A stretch of DNA of 15,981 nucleotides, taken from assembly GCA_003133025.1 (NCBI GenBank), contig PKZK01000101.1:15785-31765 (forward strand), written 5' to 3'. The first letter of the stretch is position 1. Every line of letters starts with the position of its first letter. The position numbers and the translations under genes were made by a program. The notes beneath the pieces are model-generated. The model was not told where the DNA came from, did not search any database, and saw only the letters and a list, made by a program, of their open reading frames with translations. This DNA is from Vulcanimicrobiota bacterium. GTDB lineage: Bacteria; Vulcanimicrobiota; Vulcanimicrobiia; Vulcanimicrobiales; Vulcanimicrobiaceae. Below, piece by piece: positions 8,060 through 15,981 of this stretch.

Positions 8060-8488
8060 AACGTTTGGGAGACGTTTCACCTCTAGACAGAAGGCGAGCC
8101 TCCCCGCGCTCAGCGCTGACCGCTGGGCAAGGTCACGGAACTCGGTGGCGTTTCACCCGCGCGGGTCGGGCTGGGAAGTTCGCCGAAATGCCGGGACCGT
8201 GAAGCAGTTTCGGCCGTGACATTCCCTGATCTACATCGGATGCGCTCGCATTCGGCGCGGGGTTCGTCTTCATGGCGGCCATGTCGGCTCGTTTGTTCGG
8301 ACCGTACCACGGCGGCGACTTGAAGCGTTCGCAGCAGCGGTGACCTCCTCCATGGCGTGGCACGATTTCGATCTGTGGAAACACGCCACCGTCATAGCGG
8401 GCCCCACCGCGCCGCTCATCGCCGGCGCGGCGTGGACGCCGGCCGCGGCGTCTTCGGCACGTCCGGCGCGAAACGGGCGAGCCTGAGC

Positions 8489-11400
8489 GTGTTCCGCTAC
8501 GTGATGGTTCTCGTTGCCATCGTGCTCTTGTGCTCGGGCGAGGCATCGTCTCAAGCCTCCACTCCTTCCGGAAATCCGGTCTCGGCCGGACAGGCGGCGT
8601 ACGACCGTGGTGAGTACGCGCAAGCGATCTCGCTCTGGCAGAGCGTCCTGCCCGCGTTGCAACAGGCGAATGATCCTCGTACCGCGGACGTACTCTCTCG
8701 AACCGGGCTCGCGTTTTACTTTCTCCAGGACTTTCAGAAATCGCTCGACGCTCTCCACGCCGCCCTCGCCATCAATCGTGCTCGAAAGGATCGTCAGGGC
8801 GAAGCAACCGATCTCGCCGACATCGGTCTCGTCGAAAATCTCTTGGGGCACCACGCCGACGCCTTGGCGTTATACAAACAGGCCTTGGTTATTGAGCGTG
8901 CCCTCGAGGATCGTGCAGGGCAGGCCGTCGATCTGGTCAACATCGGCAAAGTCGAGATCGACCTCGAGCGCTACAACGATGCCGTGGCGCCGCTCCAGGA
9001 GGCGTTGGCTCTCGACCACGCTCTGGGGAACGGGGCGGGGGAAGCCATCGACCGTCATAACCTCGGCATCGCCGAGGAGCACCTGCGCAGGTACGAGGAC
9101 GCTTTGGCTTCGTACCAGCAGGCGCTGGCAATCCGCCGTGCTCTCGCAAATCGCCTCGGAGAAGCAGAAGAGCTCGGCAGTATAGGTAGCGTCGACGTGG
9201 AGCTCGAGCGTTACAACGACGCGCAAACGGCGCTGCGGCAAGCCGTTGCTATCGACGCCGAGCTCGGCAATCGGTCGGGGCAAGCCGCCGCCCTAGAAAA
9301 CCTCGCCCTGGTCGAACAGCATCTGGGACGCTTTGACGACGCGTTAGCCTCGCACCGGCAGGCCTTAGCCCTCGATCGTGCTCTGAAAGATCGTCAGGCA
9401 GAAGCGGATGACCTCGGCAACATGAGCGTCACCGAAAAGGAACTCGGGCACTACGCCGAGGCGCTCGCAACGTACCGCCAGGCCTTGGCGATCCATCGCG
9501 AGCTCAAAGACCGGCTGGGGGAAGCACACGATCTCGGGAACATCGCGAACCTCCAGAACGACCTCGGGCACTACGACGATGCCTTGGCTTCCTATCGGAA
9601 CGCCATGCTCGCTTTTCACGATCTCGACGATCCCGTAGACGAAGCCGGTACCTTTAATAATATCGGTGAAGTCGAATTGGCGCTCGGACGCTATGACGCT
9701 GCCCTGCATTCGTTTCAACAGGCGCTGGCCGGCGCGCGTGCTTTGAAGAACCAGCTCACGGAAAGCAACGCTCTCGCGCTCATCGGTGACCTGGCCGAAA
9801 AGCTCGGCCGCTACGATGAAGCGTCGACTGCGTACCAACAGGCGCTCGCTATCGATCGTGCCCTCAACGACGCGTTCGGGCAAGCGAGCGTTCTTCGCGA
9901 GATCGGAAACCTCGACGTAGACCTGGGACGGTCCGAGGATGGATTGGCTTCTTTCCAGGCGGCGTTAGCGATCGATCGTGCTCTCAAGAGTCCGCGCGCC
10001 GAAGCGGGCGATCTGGGCAACATCGGCGATGCCCAGGAACAGCTCGGGCACTTCGACGAGGCGCTCGCTTCACATCGGCAGGCCTTGGCCATCGATCGTG
10101 CACTCGAGCTACGGCCCTTGGAAGCCGCAGAACTCGGCGATATAGGTAACGTCGAAGATGCCCTGAAGCGGTACGACGACGCCTTAAACTTCGCTCGACA
10201 GTCCTTGTCGATCGCGCGCGAGCTCAAAGATCGGCCTGGAGAAGCCAACGAGCTCAGTAATATAGGGCACGAGGACGAGGAGCTCGGGCGGTACGGCGAT
10301 GCGCTCGTGGCAGAGCGCGCAGCGATCGCGATCGAGACGCAACTCGCGTCGGCCGACTCATGGCGTTCGTTCCGCACGAAAGCTATCGCAGATGCGCATC
10401 TCGGGCATCGCGACGAGGCCTTGGCAGCCTTCGATGCGGCGCTCGACCAGATCGAGCAGCTTCGAGCGAATCTCAAGCCGAGCGAACGTACGAGCTTCCT
10501 CGGTACGACGCTATTCGTCTACGACGAGTACATCGCGTACTTGGACGAGCTGAACGGAACCTTCCCCGGCCGCGGCTACGAGAGAAAAGCCTTCGAGATC
10601 CTCGAGCGAAAGAGTGCTCGAGCTACGCTCGAGCAAATCGGTCAGAGCGCCGCTGAGCACTTCAAAGGCGTTCCCGCAGCAATCGTCGCCGGGGAGAACG
10701 CGGCTGAGGCGGGAGTTGACGACGCGCGGGCTCTGCTCGCCAAGCTGCGTTCGAGCGAGGGCGGCGATCCGACGGCGATTGCTGCGGCACAACGTAATCT
10801 CGCCGATGCGCAGGCCCGTGCCGCGGCGCTCGCGTCGCGCATCCGGAGCGACTATCCCGACTACTACCGGCTTCGGCATCCGCAGCCGTTGCTGGTCGAG
10901 TGCGGCCCTTCGCCCTGTCTGACCATCTCCCGGTTTCAGCAATCGGTTCTCCGGCCGGGCGAACTGATGCTCGTCTACGATGTGCTCCACGGGAAGAGCG
11001 TGCTTTGGTTAGTCGACAGTGACCGCATTGCCCTGGTTTCGATCGCCGGAAGCGATGAGATCGACGCAGCCGTCGCGCGCCTGAGTTCGCACGTCTCCGG
11101 CCTCTTGAGGTTGCTCGAACCCGGCGTTCGAGCGCGAGAGAGGCTCCAGAGTGCCGCGGCTGCCGACATTCCCGCGTATGCCGCCGATAGTTACGCGCTT
11201 TACCACATGCTCGTTCCCGAAGCGGCAGCGTCCGCAATCGCCGGGGCGAAAAGTGTTATCGTCGTTCCGTCGGGATCGCTGTACCGGCTCGCATTCGAGT
11301 CCCTGGTAACGCGCGATCCGACAAACGCGCCACGGCCGCACTACCTCATCGAAGACGCTCCGGTCTCCTACATGCCCTCGGCGTCGTTGCTCGCAATCGT

Positions 11401-12226
11401 ACGCTCCTCGTACGCGCAGCCGAGCGCGGGACGTCAACCGCTCTTGGCTTTTGCCAACCCTGCCTTCGGTGCGGCAGCGTCGGGCGCGGTTCCGGCCGGC
11501 GCGACGGCGTCCGGCAGTGGAAGAAGCTCGCCGAGCTACGCGCAGCTCCAACTCGCCGCAGTGCGCTCCGCCGCCCGCAGTAGCACGCGCTTCGCGGTAG
11601 GCGACGCGGTTTTCCCAGCGCTTCCCGGCACGCAGACGGAAGCCGAGGCCGTTCGGGCTGCACTCAATGCCCCCCGCGACAGCCTCATCGTCGGCGACCT
11701 GGCGACGCGCCGGCGCGTTCTGGATCTCAACCAGAGTAACCAGTTGCGCGCGTATCGGTACGTGCTCTTCGCGACCCACGCCGTGCTGCCCAGCGAGATT
11801 GCGGGCCTCACGCAGCCCGCCATCGTGCTCGCGCACCCCGAGCGGGGCGACGGTTTGCTGACGATGGCCGACGTGTTCGGCCTCTCGCTCGACGCCGACT
11901 TCGTGACCCTCTCGGCGTGCGACACCGGTGTACTGACGGCCGATTCCGCCGGCGAGGGCGTGAGCGGATTCACGCGCGCGTTTTTGTACGCGGGCACGCC
12001 CGCAATTTCGGTGACGCTCTGGGAAGTCGACGACGCGGCCGCACCGCAAATCACGCCGCGGTTTTTTGCCGGCATGCACGCCGGCACACTCACTCCGGCG
12101 GAGTCACTGCGCCGCGCGAAATTGGCGCTGCTCGACGCGCCGGACGCCCGTTTCCGCCACCCGTACGCTTGGGCGCCCGGCGTGATCTTCGGCGACGGAG
12201 ATCGGCCGGGTGCGCCGGGGCCCTGA
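8489..12226 (+). CDS. TPR-repeat and CHAT-domain (caspase-like/HetF-type peptidase) protein with probable signal peptide
   Basis: About 16 40-aa TPR-type repeats, then CHAT motifs VVPSGSLYRLAFESL, LPGTQTEAEAV, FATHAV (His), GLLTMADV, VTLSACDTG (Cys), GFTRAFLYAG, VTLWEVDD, HPYAWA. Start probably GTG 8489 or ATG 8504 (FRYVMVLVAIVLLCSGEASSQA) rather than 8357. Confidence 0.88.
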   Translation: MFRYVMVLVAIVLLCSGEASSQASTPSGNPVSAGQAAYDRGEYAQAISLWQSVLPALQQANDPRTADVLSRTGLAFYFLQDFQKSLDALHAALAINRARKDRQGEATDLADIGLVENLLGHHADALALYKQALVIERALEDRAGQAVDLVNIGKVEIDLERYNDAVAPLQEALALDHALGNGAGEAIDRHNLGIAEEHLRRYEDALASYQQALAIRRALANRLGEAEELGSIGSVDVELERYNDAQTALRQAVAIDAELGNRSGQAAALENLALVEQHLGRFDDALASHRQALALDRALKDRQAEADDLGNMSVTEKELGHYAEALATYRQALAIHRELKDRLGEAHDLGNIANLQNDLGHYDDALASYRNAMLAFHDLDDPVDEAGTFNNIGEVELALGRYDAALHSFQQALAGARALKNQLTESNALALIGDLAEKLGRYDEASTAYQQALAIDRALNDAFGQASVLREIGNLDVDLGRSEDGLASFQAALAIDRALKSPRAEAGDLGNIGDAQEQLGHFDEALASHRQALAIDRALELRPLEAAELGDIGNVEDALKRYDDALNFARQSLSIARELKDRPGEANELSNIGHEDEELGRYGDALVAERAAIAIETQLASADSWRSFRTKAIADAHLGHRDEALAAFDAALDQIEQLRANLKPSERTSFLGTTLFVYDEYIAYLDELNGTFPGRGYERKAFEILERKSARATLEQIGQSAAEHFKGVPAAIVAGENAAEAGVDDARALLAKLRSSEGGDPTAIAAAQRNLADAQARAAALASRIRSDYPDYYRLRHPQPLLVECGPSPCLTISRFQQSVLRPGELMLVYDVLHGKSVLWLVDSDRIALVSIAGSDEIDAAVARLSSHVSGLLRLLEPGVRARERLQSAAAADIPAYAADSYALYHMLVPEAAASAIAGAKSVIVVPSGSLYRLAFESLVTRDPTNAPRPHYLIEDAPVSYMPSASLLAIVRSSYAQPSAGRQPLLAFANPAFGAAASGAVPAGATASGSGRSSPSYAQLQLAAVRSAARSSTRFAVGDAVFPALPGTQTEAEAVRAALNAPRDSLIVGDLATRRRVLDLNQSNQLRAYRYVLFATHAVLPSEIAGLTQPAIVLAHPERGDGLLTMADVFGLSLDADFVTLSACDTGVLTADSAGEGVSGFTRAFLYAGTPAISVTLWEVDDAAAPQITPRFFAGMHAGTLTPAESLRRAKLALLDAPDARFRHPYAWAPGVIFGDGDRPGAPGP
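8590..10450 (+). repeat. Intragenic 120-bp (40-codon) tandem TPR repeat array
   Basis: Recurrent CAGGCC/GCG-TTG/CTG-GC..ATCGATCGTG-like words at 120-bp spacing (near 8881, 9001, 9121 ... 10201); protein consensus EA..LGNIG.....LG.Y..AL..Y.QALAI.RAL.D. Confidence 0.85.
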
Positions 12227-12334
12227 CCGTCCTCTCCGGCCAAGTCGAGGGTGCATAATCATAGTTTGTGTGCCTTGTAGATTACGGGTTGCCCGGCTGT
12301 GCGTACGGGCTGCACCGTGGGTACGTACCACTCC

Positions 12335-12829
12335 ATGAACGCCTACCGCTTCGCCGGGTACCTCCTCGCCGGGGCCGCGGCAACCTGGCTGATGGACCGC
12401 GCCGATAAGCTCGTCTACCTGCTGCAACCCGACGACGTGCACGAGCGCGAAGCAGCTATCGAGGACCTCACGGGGCCCGGACAACTCGCGCGAATCATCA
12501 TGCGTGCCGCGGGACGCGAACCATCACACGACGAGGCCGTCGCTGCAGGCAGGGCCGTACACGTCGGTTTCGGCATTTCTGCGGCGCTGGCGTACGCGTT
12601 CCTCTCCAAACCGTTGCCCTGGCTTCGCGCGGGTTACGGCGTTACGTACGGGCTCGCGCTTGCGCCGGCTAACCTTATCGTCGTGCCTGCGCTCGGACTC
12701 ACCCCACCGGCTTGGAAGTTTCCGGCGGAAACGACGCTGCGCTCGATCCTGTACCACATCGCGTACGGGGTATCGCTCGAGTCGATCGCGCGCTGCTTGC
12801 ATCTCCACGGCGACGCGCCCGCGGCGTAG
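12335..12829 (+). CDS. Membrane protein, DUF1440-like
   Basis: LAGAAATWLMD, VHVGFG, G..YGLAL, VPALGL.PP.W.FP, HIAYG pattern with 3-4 hydrophobic helices; start ATG 12335. Confidence 0.65.
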   Translation: MNAYRFAGYLLAGAAATWLMDRADKLVYLLQPDDVHEREAAIEDLTGPGQLARIIMRAAGREPSHDEAVAAGRAVHVGFGISAALAYAFLSKPLPWLRAGYGVTYGLALAPANLIVVPALGLTPPAWKFPAETTLRSILYHIAYGVSLESIARCLHLHGDAPAA

Positions 12830-12833
12830 GGCA

Positions 12834-13391
12834 TCAGGCCAACAGGTCGCGCTCGATATTGCGCAGCGCGCGCTTGAACGGAGAGGGGTCATTGAGGCCG
12901 CCGGCGACGATCAGCGCGCCCTCGATTCGCACGACGGCGTCTTCCGCTCGATGTTGAGCTAAAGCGCCGGGAATGCCGGCTTCCACAGCCAGATCGCGCA
13001 GCGCCCGGATCCATCCGGCGAACGCCGACGCGAGGAAGTCCCCAAACTTCTCGCGACCGGCACCGACCACGAGGTTCCCCAGCACACATGCGTTTCGCCC
13101 ACCGACGTAGTACTCGTCGAGCACGCGGAGCATCGAGCGCAAACGTGTTTTCGGCAATCCGTCGCGCTGGAGCGCTGCGAGCGCGCGCTCTTTCATCCAC
13201 CTGTCGAGTCGTTCGAGAACGGCAACTGCCATCTCGTCCTTCCCGCCTGGGAAGTAGTGATAGAGGCTGCTTCTACCCAAGCCGGTTGCTTTCGATATCT
13301 CGGCGAGCGTCGCTCCATCGAAGCCACGGTCGCGGAACACCTCTTGTATTCGCCCCACGACTTCTCCCCGCGTGAGGAGCGCAGCCGGCAT
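12834..13391 (-). CDS. TetR/AcrR family transcriptional regulator
   Basis: HTH VFRDRGFDGATLAEISKATGLGRSSLYHYFPGGK; C-terminal ACVLGNL and IEGALIVA; ATG overlaps the upstream stop (TGATG). Confidence 0.9.
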   Translation of the reverse strand: MPAALLTRGEVVGRIQEVFRDRGFDGATLAEISKATGLGRSSLYHYFPGGKDEMAVAVLERLDRWMKERALAALQRDGLPKTRLRSMLRVLDEYYVGGRNACVLGNLVVGAGREKFGDFLASAFAGWIRALRDLAVEAGIPGALAQHRAEDAVVRIEGALIVAGGLNDPSPFKRALRNIERDLLA

Positions 13392-14029
13392 CAGCGACCG
13401 AGGCCGTCCCGGCCGGCCGGCTCGAACGCGATGTTCGAGTCCCGAAGCGTCGCTTCGAGGTAGTCGATGCGGCGCCGCAGGTCGGAGACCATTCGCTCCA
13501 CTTCTTCTGCGTGCACGAGCCTCGGGATGTGTTGCGAGCAGTTCGCATTCCAGGCTTCAACCTCGAAAACGATGGCCTGCTCGACGCGCGCCGCATACGC
13601 CGGATCCGTGAGCCGTTCGAAGAGCCTCGCGTCGTTCTGTACGACGCGGGCGCGGCCCCAGATCTTGATCCTCTCCCCATCGGCGTAATTCATCATGAAG
13701 AGAAATGCCCGATCGTTCTCGACGAGGTTTCCCGTTGTAATATACTGCTTGTTTCCGGTGAAGTCGGCGAATGCCAAGGTATGGTCGTCGAGAACCTTTA
13801 TGAAACCAGGGGGGCCTCCGCGGTGCTGGACGTACGGCTGACCGGCGGCATTGGCCGTGGCCAGGTAGACACTGTCACGCTGCGCGATATATGCCGAGAG
13901 TTCGGGCGTCACGGTATTGGGAAAGCCGCCCATCGTGCGTTCGAGACGCTCGTACGAACGTCGCGAACCACGTTCTGTCTGGATCTGCTTCACGGTATCC
14001 GTAAAGGCGACGTCACTGGGGTAGTGCAT
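13391..14029 (-). CDS. Pyridoxamine 5'-phosphate oxidase-like FMN-binding protein
   Basis: SDVAFT..VK.IQ.ERGSR, YLATANAAGQPYVQHRGGPPGFIKVLD, FADF.GNKQYITTGNL, R.KIWGRA, WNANC.QHIP; start ATG 14029. Confidence 0.88.
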   Translation of the reverse strand: MHYPSDVAFTDTVKQIQTERGSRRSYERLERTMGGFPNTVTPELSAYIAQRDSVYLATANAAGQPYVQHRGGPPGFIKVLDDHTLAFADFTGNKQYITTGNLVENDRAFLFMMNYADGERIKIWGRARVVQNDARLFERLTDPAYAARVEQAIVFEVEAWNANCSQHIPRLVHAEEVERMVSDLRRRIDYLEATLRDSNIAFEPAGRDGLGR

Positions 14030-14072
14030 GGGGGAGGTCTCGATCTGCGATCTGCTGGAGGAGCGTCGGCCG

Positions 14073-14094
14073 TTGTACCGAACAATCGGTACAA
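14073..14094. promoter_or_regulatory. Palindromic operator, likely bound by the adjacent TetR protein
   Basis: Perfect 9-bp inverted repeat TTGTACCGA-ACAA-TCGGTACAA overlapping the -10 box and predicted start site of the PNPOx-tetR promoter. Confidence 0.8.
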
Positions 14095-14119
14095 TACGCC
14101 AACGGCACAGCCCTGTCAA
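14091..14119 (-). promoter_or_regulatory. Sigma70-type promoter of the PNPOx-tetR operon
   Basis: Minus strand TTGACA (14119-14114), exactly 17 nt, TATTGT (14096-14091). Confidence 0.8.
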
Positions 14120-14162
14120 GTGCGACAAGTACTTCCGGCGCTTGGCCGGGAATCCGGGCCGC

Positions 14163-15896
14163 ATGAATTCGCTTAAACTGCGCTGCGCTCAGGCATTTGC
14201 GCTGAGTGGTCTTCTCACCGGTTTGCCGGCGCAAGCCGCAAGTTCCCCGCCGAGCCTGAGCGACGCGCTCGCGGCCATCGCCGCGTACGCGCCTCGGGCG
14301 CTCGCGGAGCAGGGCGCGCCCGGCATGTCGGTGGCGATTACGGACCGCACGCACGTGATCCAGCTGCTCGCTCTGGGCTACGCCAACGTGGAATCGAAAA
14401 CGCCGGTGACGGCGCAAACGCGCTTTCCGATCGGTTCGATCACCAAATCGATGACGGCCCTGGCGTTGTTGCAACTCGCCGACTCGGGCTCGCTCGACCT
14501 CGACTTGCCCGTGACGCGGTATCTGCCGGACTTCCTGATCGACTCGGCTGCAAAGCCGATTCTGGTGCATCAACTGCTCTCGCACACCTCGGGCCTGCCG
14601 GATGACTACTCCTTTCCATATGGCTACGGCGACGCGATCTACAACCTGCGCCGGGCTTCGGTGCTCTTTGCGCCCGGCACGGCCTTTTCGTATTCGAACG
14701 ACGGCTACGCGACCGCGGGCGCGATCTTGGCCGCGCTCGACAAGCGGCCGTGGAGCGAGTCGGTACGCGCCCGCGTCTTTGCGGCGCTCGGCATGACCTC
14801 GAGTTCGCCGGTTTTCACGCCCGAAGTATTCCTCGAGAGCGCCACCGGGTACACGCTGCGGTATCAAGACCGGCCCGAGGCGTTGAACCCGCCGCTGCTG
14901 CCGACGCCGGCTTTCGACTTCGTCAACCCGGCAGGCTCCGTCGTCTCGACGCCCGCCGACATGGCGGCCTACATGCGCCTCTACCTCAACGAAGGCGTGA
15001 CTCCCGGCGGCACGCGGCTCATCTCGAAGGCCACCTTCGAGCGCATGACCACGCCCGACGACATGAACGGTAAACCCGCGGGCGCCGCGCACGCCGTGCT
15101 CGCCGAAGCTCCCGCATGGTATCGCCGATACGGCTTTGGCCTAACCATCGTCGATGATAGCGGCGACCACATCGTCGCGCACACGGGCGGTATCTCCGGC
15201 TACACGGCCTGCATGGCCATCAACGTGACCCGAGGCTTCGGCATCGTCGCGATGTCGAATCTCGTCGAGGCGCCGCTGCACCCGTGCGCGATCGTGCTGT
15301 ACGCATTGAACGTCTTACACGCCCAAAGCGCGGGCCTGGCACTACCGCCGCCGCCGGTCGCGCCCGATCCCTCAGTAGTCGCGCACGCCGCCGACTACGC
15401 CGGAGCATATGCAGCAACCGACGGGACGAAGCTCGTCGTAGCGGCGGCCGGGAGCGGCGCGGTTCTCCGCGACGGGGCCGCAACGTACCGGCTCTATCCG
15501 CGCGACGACGACACATTCTGGACCGACGACCCGCGTTTCGCCCGGTTTCTGCTGATCTTCTATCGCAATAAAGAAAAGGCGGTAACCGACTTCACCGCAG
15601 GCCCGCAGCAGTTCGTCAACCCCGTCTATAACGGTCCGACGACGTTTACCTATCCAGCCTGGTACGACACGTTGCTGGGCAGGTACGAGACCACGGTGTT
15701 CGGCGACGCATCCGTGACGCGCGTCCTCGAGGTGAAGGGGCAGCTCACGCTCGACGGTTCGACGCCGCTGGTCGATCAGGGCAACGGCACCTTCCGAGCC
15801 GGGCACAGCGTCATTCGCTTCGATCATGTGTTCGGCGGGCGACCGCAGCGGATGTGGCTCGACGGACTCGAGGCGGACCGGGTCGACTTGCCCTAG
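14163..15896 (+). CDS. Secreted serine hydrolase, beta-lactamase/AmpC-like family, with C-terminal extension
   Basis: Signal peptide ending AQA; F.IGSITK (SxxK), LLSHTSGL, PG..FSYSN (YxN), PAGS..ST..DMA, YGFG, HTGG; Pro-rich linker LPPPPVAPDP followed by two small repeated domains (YAGAY.../LLGRYE...). Confidence 0.88.
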   Translation: MNSLKLRCAQAFALSGLLTGLPAQAASSPPSLSDALAAIAAYAPRALAEQGAPGMSVAITDRTHVIQLLALGYANVESKTPVTAQTRFPIGSITKSMTALALLQLADSGSLDLDLPVTRYLPDFLIDSAAKPILVHQLLSHTSGLPDDYSFPYGYGDAIYNLRRASVLFAPGTAFSYSNDGYATAGAILAALDKRPWSESVRARVFAALGMTSSSPVFTPEVFLESATGYTLRYQDRPEALNPPLLPTPAFDFVNPAGSVVSTPADMAAYMRLYLNEGVTPGGTRLISKATFERMTTPDDMNGKPAGAAHAVLAEAPAWYRRYGFGLTIVDDSGDHIVAHTGGISGYTACMAINVTRGFGIVAMSNLVEAPLHPCAIVLYALNVLHAQSAGLALPPPPVAPDPSVVAHAADYAGAYAATDGTKLVVAAAGSGAVLRDGAATYRLYPRDDDTFWTDDPRFARFLLIFYRNKEKAVTDFTAGPQQFVNPVYNGPTTFTYPAWYDTLLGRYETTVFGDASVTRVLEVKGQLTLDGSTPLVDQGNGTFRAGHSVIRFDHVFGGRPQRMWLDGLEADRVDLP

Positions 15897-15981
15897 AACC
15901 ACATGACCATGAGCGCATCCGAGGCGCCGTCCGTCGACTGCGAGCGACTGATACCGCGCTCGATCGTCCGACTCAACCGGC
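15893..15981 (-). CDS. 3' end of a convergent gene entering from the right (unknown product)
   Basis: Open frame ...RLSRTIERGISRSQSTDGASDALMVMWF* whose TAG overlaps the serine hydrolase TAG in CTAG. A plus-strand ORF from ATG 15903 is the alternative. Confidence 0.35.
   Translation of the reverse strand, partial: RLSRTIERGISRSQSTDGASDALMVMWF

Noticed and set aside
8590..10450. CRISPR-like periodic repeats
   Set aside because: The 120-bp period is in-frame TPR coding repetition with degenerate units and no repeat-spacer structure.
8489..12226. Type III-E CRISPR-associated Csx29 (Craspase) or gasdermin-linked protease
   Set aside because: No cas genes, array or gasdermin in the window, and the protein appears to have a signal peptide.
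12248..12275. Canonical chromosomal dif site
   Set aside because: Only the XerC-like arm resembles consensus; the conserved XerD arm TTATGTTAAAT is missing. Kept only as a candidate site in findings.
14028..14164. N-terminal extensions of the PNPOx-like ORF (to 14164) and serine hydrolase ORF (from 14028)
   Set aside because: They would overlap each other and cover the promoter/operator; the likely starts are 14029 (-) and 14163 (+).

Overview
High-GC bacterial chromosomal segment. The left part is a hopanoid/isoprenoid locus. A one-enzyme squalene synthase is translationally coupled to an AcrB-like RND transporter (minus strand, runs off the left edge) that lacks the TolC-docking subdomain and appears to start at ATA. 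Divergent from these is a clear hpnP (hopanoid C-2 methylase, B12-binding radical SAM). Next come two tandem secreted Phi-1/EXORDIUM-like paralogues, one of which has lost the HExxE motif, then a convergent XerC-like tyrosine recombinase plus carboxylesterase. Upstream of the recombinase lie a truncated GH130 remnant and a large, probably exported TPR-CHAT (caspase-like) protein, bracketed by a shared short AT-rich motif. The right part holds a DUF1440-like membrane protein, a PNPOx-like FMN protein/TetR operon with a clear sigma70 promoter and palindromic operator, and a secreted beta-lactamase-family serine hydrolase. No rRNA, tRNA or CRISPR array was seen. All family calls are from motif recognition by eye; no searches were run.
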